Virus record (IMG/VR): IMGVR_UViG_3300049194_000060
Span: 1-50,238 of that record
DNA from: a virus
Lineage: Duplodnaviria; Caudoviricetes
DNA length: 50,238 nucleotides
Direction: 5' to 3' (one strand)
Made by a program: the position numbers and the translations under genes. The notes below the pieces were generated by a model that saw nothing but the letters and a program-made list of their open reading frames with translations, was not told the DNA's origin and searched no databases. Below, piece after piece: positions 45,481-50,238 of the stretch; position 1 is the stretch's first letter, and each line of letters starts with the position of its first letter.

Positions 45481-45920
45481 GCTCCAAGCGGCCTCCCCGA
45501 AACGGCACCGCAAACGGTAACCGCGGCCAAGGATCCAACTGGATTCGCCGGGAGAAGCGGTTACGCATCTACGCGCGTGATGGGTGGCGGTGCTGCTGGT
45601 GCGGCTGCGATGTGGCCGATGGCCGTAGCTACGTGGTGCGCGGCCGCGAAGTGGCGTTGGCGTCTCTTGATCACTTCCTCAATCGCTCTGCCGGTGGCGA
45701 CAACTCGGCCTCCAATCTCCTCACGTCGTGCATGCAATGCAACGATGAGCGGGGAGAGCTGAGCGCGCTGGCATTCGCATCCAAGCTGGCCCGGGCTAAG
45801 GCGCTCGCAGCGGAGGCCACCCTGGACCGTGAGGCCCTTTTCCGCGCCGAGATTCTAGAGCGGTGCCTGCGCAGCCTCGATGCCCCGCTGCTCACCCTCG
45901 AGGAGCGCAGCGCAGCGTAG
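45477..45920 (+). CDS. HNH endonuclease
   Basis: IYARDGWRCCWCG...SLDHF...GGDNSASNLLTSCMQCN. Confidence 0.92.
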   Translation: MSSKRPPRNGTANGNRGQGSNWIRREKRLRIYARDGWRCCWCGCDVADGRSYVVRGREVALASLDHFLNRSAGGDNSASNLLTSCMQCNDERGELSALAFASKLARAKALAAEATLDREALFRAEILERCLRSLDAPLLTLEERSAA

Positions 45921-45923
45921 CCC

Positions 45924-47216
45924 ATGCTGGTGCTCCCCAATGCCGCAGCGGTTTACGAGGCCGATAAAGCCGCTGCCGCGCTGTGCACCCGCATGGCCCA
46001 AGTGGGCTTCGGGTTCGATGCATCACGCGCTGCAGAGCTAGCCGCATCGCTACGTGAGGCCGAGACCCGTGCGCTTCGCGCCTGCGATGACGCCGTGGGC
46101 CGTACTATTCGCCGCACTAAAACCGGTGGGCTCTCCACCACCGATCTCGAGGTGGCGTTCTTCCAGGATATCGGGGCGCCGGTGTTCTTCAGGAGCACCC
46201 TCACCGGCAAGCCATCGCTTGGCGTGGATGCCATGCGGGGCTATGCGGCCGCGGCGAACCCATCCCTGCGGGATCTGGCCCTCGGGGTTTTGGAATACCG
46301 CAGGGCGCGGAAGATTCGCAGCACCTACGTCGAGGCTATCATCTGCGGCCCCGACGGGCGGGTTCACCCCTCATGGCTCAATTACGGCGCCGTGAGTGGC
46401 CGATGGGCTTGCCAGGATCCCAACCTAATGAACCTCCCCCGCAGGGAGACGGATCCCACGTCTGCAACGCACGACGGTGGGGTGCGGTCCCTCTACATCG
46501 CGTCCCCGGGGCATGTGCTGGTCACCTTCGACAAGAAGCAACTCGAGATGCGCGTGGCGGCGTACGCATCCGGGGACGCTGCGATGATTGCGGCGTGCGA
46601 GTCCACGGATCTCCACGCTGCGAACGCGGCTGCCATCTTCGGGGAGCTCTACACCGGGGCGGATAAAGCCACCAAGGATGTGCTCCGCACGCTGGCCAAG
46701 AGTGCTGGTTTCGCTGTTTGCTACCTCGCGGAGGCTCCCACGGTCTACGCGAGAATCGTTGCTGCCGGCCAAGCCGTCACTCTCCGTCAGGTGGAGGCGA
46801 TGATCAAAAAGCTACGCCGGGGCTTCGCGGGGTACTACGCATGGCAGGAGAAGCGGTTGCTCGATTGCATCCGCACCGGCTACACCGATTCCCCGATTCT
46901 CGGTCGCTGCCGATGGCTAGGCCACGAGCCGGCGCCCACCGAGTGCGCGAACTTTCCCATCCAATCCGGCGCCTCCGATATCATGAATGCGCTGCTCCCC
47001 GAGCTGGTTCCCCTGGTGCGCTCCGAATGCGGCGGCGCAGAGCTCGTGGCTCAGGTGCATGATGCTGCGGTGTTCGATGTGCCGGAGCGCTATGTGGATC
47101 GTTGCGCGGCGCTATGCGGGGAGTTGAATGCTAGGCCCGTCGTGCTTAGTAGTAGTGGTGCGCCGCTAGAGGCGGTGTTTGGGATTGATATGAAGATCTC
47201 CGAAAGGTGGAAGTAA
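45924..47216 (+). CDS. polA: Family A DNA polymerase, polymerase domain only
   Basis: DGRVHP, VSGRWACQDPNLMNLPR, motif A FDKKQLEMR, motif B RTLAKSAGF..Y, NFPIQS, motif C QVHDA. Confidence 0.95.
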   Translation: MLVLPNAAAVYEADKAAAALCTRMAQVGFGFDASRAAELAASLREAETRALRACDDAVGRTIRRTKTGGLSTTDLEVAFFQDIGAPVFFRSTLTGKPSLGVDAMRGYAAAANPSLRDLALGVLEYRRARKIRSTYVEAIICGPDGRVHPSWLNYGAVSGRWACQDPNLMNLPRRETDPTSATHDGGVRSLYIASPGHVLVTFDKKQLEMRVAAYASGDAAMIAACESTDLHAANAAAIFGELYTGADKATKDVLRTLAKSAGFAVCYLAEAPTVYARIVAAGQAVTLRQVEAMIKKLRRGFAGYYAWQEKRLLDCIRTGYTDSPILGRCRWLGHEPAPTECANFPIQSGASDIMNALLPELVPLVRSECGGAELVAQVHDAAVFDVPERYVDRCAALCGELNARPVVLSSSGAPLEAVFGIDMKISERWK

Positions 47217-47518
47217 TGGCGAAGCGCGGAGCACACGACACGAAACAGGTCGTGCACGGTTTGGGTGAAGTGGTAGCCACCGCTACCGCTGTGGATGCGG
47301 AGCCGAATCCGCTGCTCTCCAACACCGTGCTGCCCGATGAGTACGATGCGGACCCCGGCGAAGCCCCCAGCGCCGGCACGGCGGAGGAACGCACCCGCGA
47401 CTACCTTCAGGGTGTCCGAGAGGGCAGCCTCCGCGTGATCGAATTCATCGAATCCGACTTTGGCGACGTGGGGCGAGTGGCAGCGGGTGAGGCCCGGAAG
47501 CGCTGGGGGCTATCGTGA
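47216..47518 (+). CDS. Hypothetical protein
   Basis: TAATG-coupled to polA. Confidence 0.55.
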   Translation: MAKRGAHDTKQVVHGLGEVVATATAVDAEPNPLLSNTVLPDEYDADPGEAPSAGTAEERTRDYLQGVREGSLRVIEFIESDFGDVGRVAAGEARKRWGLS

Positions 47519-47763
47519 AGCCTGGGGATACGGTGCGCATCACGGGTTGCACGGATATCCTCACGCACACTGCTCTATGTGAGCCCTCCGAGGGCCCGGC
47601 CGGTGTGCGCATCGGTCAGATCGGCACCGTGATTGAAGGTCCGGCGGAGCCGGGTGACGATTGGTGCAAGGTGAGTGTGCCGGATACCGACGGTCAAGGC
47701 GGTGCGCTGGGGTGGTATCTGCCGTTTTGCGATCTCGAGGTGGTGGAGGCGCAGCCGCTATGA
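47515..47763 (+). CDS. Small SH3/KOW-like protein
   Basis: MKPGDTVRI...IGQIGTVI pattern. Confidence 0.55.
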   Translation: MKPGDTVRITGCTDILTHTALCEPSEGPAGVRIGQIGTVIEGPAEPGDDWCKVSVPDTDGQGGALGWYLPFCDLEVVEAQPL

Positions 47764-48488
47764 GTGCTGCCGGCCGTGGCGGCCCTCGCATTGCTAGCGA
47801 CAACTACCCCACACCAGCGTGGGCCACACGGCGCATTCTGGAGGCGATCGAGCTGTACCACTATTCGGTGAGCGGCCCCCGCGTGTTGGAGCCGTGCGCT
47901 GGAGAGGGGGCAATCGTGCGCGTAGTGAAGGAGCTGATTCCTAACGCCCATGTGGTGGGAGGTGATGTGCGTGATGTGTTCGACCTGCCCGGTTGCGTTA
48001 GCTACACCTGGGATGCGACGCAGCCGTTGGGGCTGGCGGGCCCTTTCGATCTCCTCATCACTAATCCCCCCTTCGCTGTAGCCCACGAGATTATCCAGGC
48101 CCAGCGGGACACGGCGCGGCTCATGGTGATGCTGCTCCGCTCCTCCTTCATCGCCGGGGAGCGTGCCGAGGCGTACCGCAATGATATGCCTGACGAGTAT
48201 CGGCTCCCCGAACGCCCCGAATTCATCGCCTCGGGGCGTTGCAAGGGTGAAGGCGGCTATTACGAGGACGGTTCGCCGCGTTCCCAGTCTTGCGGTTGGT
48301 CGGAGAAGATACCGCTAGATCAGCCACGCTATACGCGGTGCCCCACGTGTTTGGGGAGCGTCGCGTACTCCACCACCGACTCCACTCCCTATTCCTGGTT
48401 CGTGTGGACTCCCCAGCGCCGCTCCGTGGGGCACAGCATCATACTCCCATCAACTCCGCTCGAAGAACGAAAGGCGTTAGCAGCATGA
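47760..48488 (+). CDS. Amino (likely N6-adenine) DNA methyltransferase
   Basis: DNYPTPAW, motif I VLEPCAGEGAI, motif IV ITNPPF, terminal YSWFVW. Confidence 0.88.
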   Translation: MSAAGRGGPRIASDNYPTPAWATRRILEAIELYHYSVSGPRVLEPCAGEGAIVRVVKELIPNAHVVGGDVRDVFDLPGCVSYTWDATQPLGLAGPFDLLITNPPFAVAHEIIQAQRDTARLMVMLLRSSFIAGERAEAYRNDMPDEYRLPERPEFIASGRCKGEGGYYEDGSPRSQSCGWSEKIPLDQPRYTRCPTCLGSVAYSTTDSTPYSWFVWTPQRRSVGHSIILPSTPLEERKALAA

Positions 48489-48682
48489 ATCAAGCACAGA
48501 AGACCGTATACGAAGAAACGCTAAAAGGCATCGGCGAGGGTATTGAGGCGATGCTAGACGCTGCGGCTGAGAAGCCAGATAGCCCGAACGCACTGCTTGT
48601 GGGCGTTCTGGCCATGCTGTGCACTTGCGTCACCGTGGGGTGTGAGCGTATCGCGCTCGCTATCGAGGAGTCAGCACCATGA
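48485..48682 (+). CDS. Small hypothetical protein
   Basis: ATGA-coupled. Confidence 0.5.
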   Translation: MNQAQKTVYEETLKGIGEGIEAMLDAAAEKPDSPNALLVGVLAMLCTCVTVGCERIALAIEESAP

Positions 48683-48903
48683 AACTGTGCCTCGGGGCGC
48701 TGGCCGCTGCGCTGGCTGCCGCATGTGCCTCCGTGCCGCCCTGCGATATCCGCCATCCCGAGATGGTGGCCAAAGCCGCCGAGTGTCGCCATCGCGTCGC
48801 GACTGAATGCGCCAACATCCCCGACGAGGAGTGCCCCGCGGTGCATGAGTGCGACGTATGGGGCGAGGAGCGCTGTGGGCTGGGCGCTGGGGGCGCACCG
48901 TGA
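48679..48903 (+). CDS. Small Cys-rich lipoprotein
   Basis: MKLCLGALAAALAAAC lipobox-like signal, multiple Cys; GAGGAG RBS. Confidence 0.65.
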   Translation: MKLCLGALAAALAAACASVPPCDIRHPEMVAKAAECRHRVATECANIPDEECPAVHECDVWGEERCGLGAGGAP

Positions 48904-49088
48904 GCTCCGCGGCCATCCTCACGGCGCTGCTGCAGGTAGCGAAGCAGCTGACGCCGGACGCACTAGCTGAGCTGGTGGGGCTTGTGAAAGCCGTGCTTGC
49001 TGGTGAGCCGCATGATGCGGTGATGGTGCGGGCTCAGCGCCTCGCCGCGCTCCAGGCCTTCAAGGCCTCTTACCGCAGGGGGCGATGA
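48900..49088 (+). CDS. Small hypothetical protein
   Basis: GTGA-coupled. Confidence 0.5.
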   Translation: MSSAAILTALLQVAKQLTPDALAELVGLVKAVLAGEPHDAVMVRAQRLAALQAFKASYRRGR

Positions 49089-49176
49089 TGCTGCGCGAAT
49101 TGCTTCGCATCGCGCTCATCGTGTGGGGCTTGAAGCGCAGGCCCAAAACCCCGAAGCCTTGCCCCCGGTGCGCCCC

Positions 49177-49416
49177 ATGAGCTGCTGTGCCTGCGGCGAG
49201 CCCACGAAGATGCTGGAGGGGCGCACCAATCACGCCCAGATCCTCAATCTCCCGTCCCGGGTGTCGTGGATCTGCCGGGAGTGCGCTAGGGCGGCCGCAG
49301 GGTGTTGGGCGCGCAAAGCGCGACTCGAGGTGCAACCTCCCACGCCCCCGAAGCCCCCCACGAATGGTCCCACTGGTGACACAATCCCTGCAGCTCTAGC
49401 GGAGCGCGCCGCGTGA
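49177..49416 (+). CDS. Small zinc-finger protein
   Basis: CCACG...ICREC. Confidence 0.5.
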   Translation: MSCCACGEPTKMLEGRTNHAQILNLPSRVSWICRECARAAAGCWARKARLEVQPPTPPKPPTNGPTGDTIPAALAERAA

Positions 49417-49531
49417 TGCGCTGCTGCAGCAGGGTAGCGCTACTCGGCTATGCCCTCACTCTTTGGCTCATGGCAGCGGGGTTCGCTGTGCTCATCCCCA
49501 TCATGGCCCTGGAGATATGGGTGCGTGACGC

Positions 49532-50122
49532 ATGGGCGCGGAGGCGTGCGTGATCTACGCGATCGAAGCTGTAGGGCTCAATGCCGTTAAGGTCGGCTAC
49601 GCGCGCGACGCTGAGGCTGTACACTACCGCCTAATGACGCTTCAGATTGGATGCCCTGCGGAGCTGCGGCTGGTGGCGACCCGTGAGGGGGATAAGCGTC
49701 TAGAGGCCGCCCTACATAGGGAATGGGCCTCACACGCTATACGGGGCGAATGGTTTGCTATTGAAGTGCTAGCTCTGTTTGGTGCGGCGGAAGGGTCCGA
49801 TCGCATACTGATGCGTTGTATAGATTGTGGCGCTCTTCGGAAGCTCAAGCATCGCAGGCCGCACGCGACGGGCCGTTGCAAGTCTTGTCGCGGTAAGCAC
49901 GAGGCTAAAGCGTTATGTGTCGTGTGTGGGTGCGGCGGTGCACGGCCGTACGGGTATAACTATCCTGGAGATGAGGGCCTGAAGCTGTGCCCTACATGCA
50001 AGCGTGTGGAGAAGGAGGCGCGCGCTAGTGTGCGTCGTGCCAAGCAAAGCGCTGCGATGCGAGGCAACACCAATGCTGTGGGGCGTAGCGCTAGGGGCCG
50101 AGTGCTGGCGGTGGCCGCGTGA
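49532..50122 (+). CDS. GIY-YIG-like (T5orf172/Mug113) nuclease domain with C-terminal zinc ribbons and NUMOD3-like tail
   Basis: VIYAI...AVKVGY...RLMTLQIGCP...LEAALH...IRGEWF; several CxxC pairs; KQSAAMRGN. Confidence 0.8.
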   Translation: MGAEACVIYAIEAVGLNAVKVGYARDAEAVHYRLMTLQIGCPAELRLVATREGDKRLEAALHREWASHAIRGEWFAIEVLALFGAAEGSDRILMRCIDCGALRKLKHRRPHATGRCKSCRGKHEAKALCVVCGCGGARPYGYNYPGDEGLKLCPTCKRVEKEARASVRRAKQSAAMRGNTNAVGRSARGRVLAVAA

Positions 50123-50238
50123 TGGGGGCACGCGCCCCCACAGTACAGGTGTTTTTGAGGGCCTTACGGAGGCGTGAGCGTGCGTGCGTCAATCGGCGCG
50201 TAAAGGGATTCCACCATGACTGTAGAGGTTTCACGAAT
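50113..50238. repeat. Terminal direct repeat, right copy
   Basis: Identical to 5-130. Confidence 0.95.

Noticed and set aside
44918-45924. Group I intron or split intein in polA
   Set aside because: The interval is almost entirely two ORFs, I recognised no P7-type core, and there are no intein Cys or His-Asn termini. An RNA structure overlapping the ORFs is not strictly excluded.
1-50238. Amber (TAG) stop-codon reassignment suggested by frequent TAG words
   Set aside because: Conserved genes are full length in the standard code, and TAG ends many genes exactly at the next gene's start.
50113-50238. Biological terminal repeat of the virion DNA
   Set aside because: The length is close to a common assembler k-mer overlap; it cannot be called a physical terminus without read data.

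Overview
The window looks like a complete, circularly assembled genome (about 50.1 kb) of a high-GC temperate tailed phage with a contractile tail. Bases 5-130 recur exactly at 50113-50238. Order of modules: HTH/terminase-small candidate, a phage sigma-70 factor, terminase large subunit, a Mu-like head (portal, S49 protease/scaffold, major capsid), neck, sheath, tube, frameshifted tail chaperone, tape measure, baseplate and fibres (277-23482); attP carrying the 3' part of a tRNA-His, a tyrosine integrase, an excisionase and a lipoprotein serine protease (23493-25874); lysis and accessory genes (25941-30054); and a long replication/recombination arm (30202-50122). That arm carries two helicases, a RepA-like ATPase, an initiator with internal iterons, a PD-(D/E)XK nuclease, a Sak4-like ATPase, an SSB, a family A DNA polymerase split into two genes, an adenine MTase and a GIY-YIG-like nuclease. 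Most unusual observations: (1) a 79-nt non-canonical tRNA-like RNA at 42483-42561 with a His-type G-1:C73 acceptor end but an 8-nt GAGAUAAA anticodon loop; (2) a PolA split at the exonuclease/polymerase boundary by two full ORFs, one an HNH, with no room for an intron; (3) a genome-wide regulatory grammar of GYGC-TANNNT boxes 6-7 nt before start codons and ATAGC-N4-GCTAY palindromes; (4) an integrase lacking its canonical first catalytic Arg; (5) ten proteins ending in Ala-Ala. All product calls come from motif recognition by eye; no database searches were run. A Gram-negative, possibly myxobacterial, host is only a weak inference.
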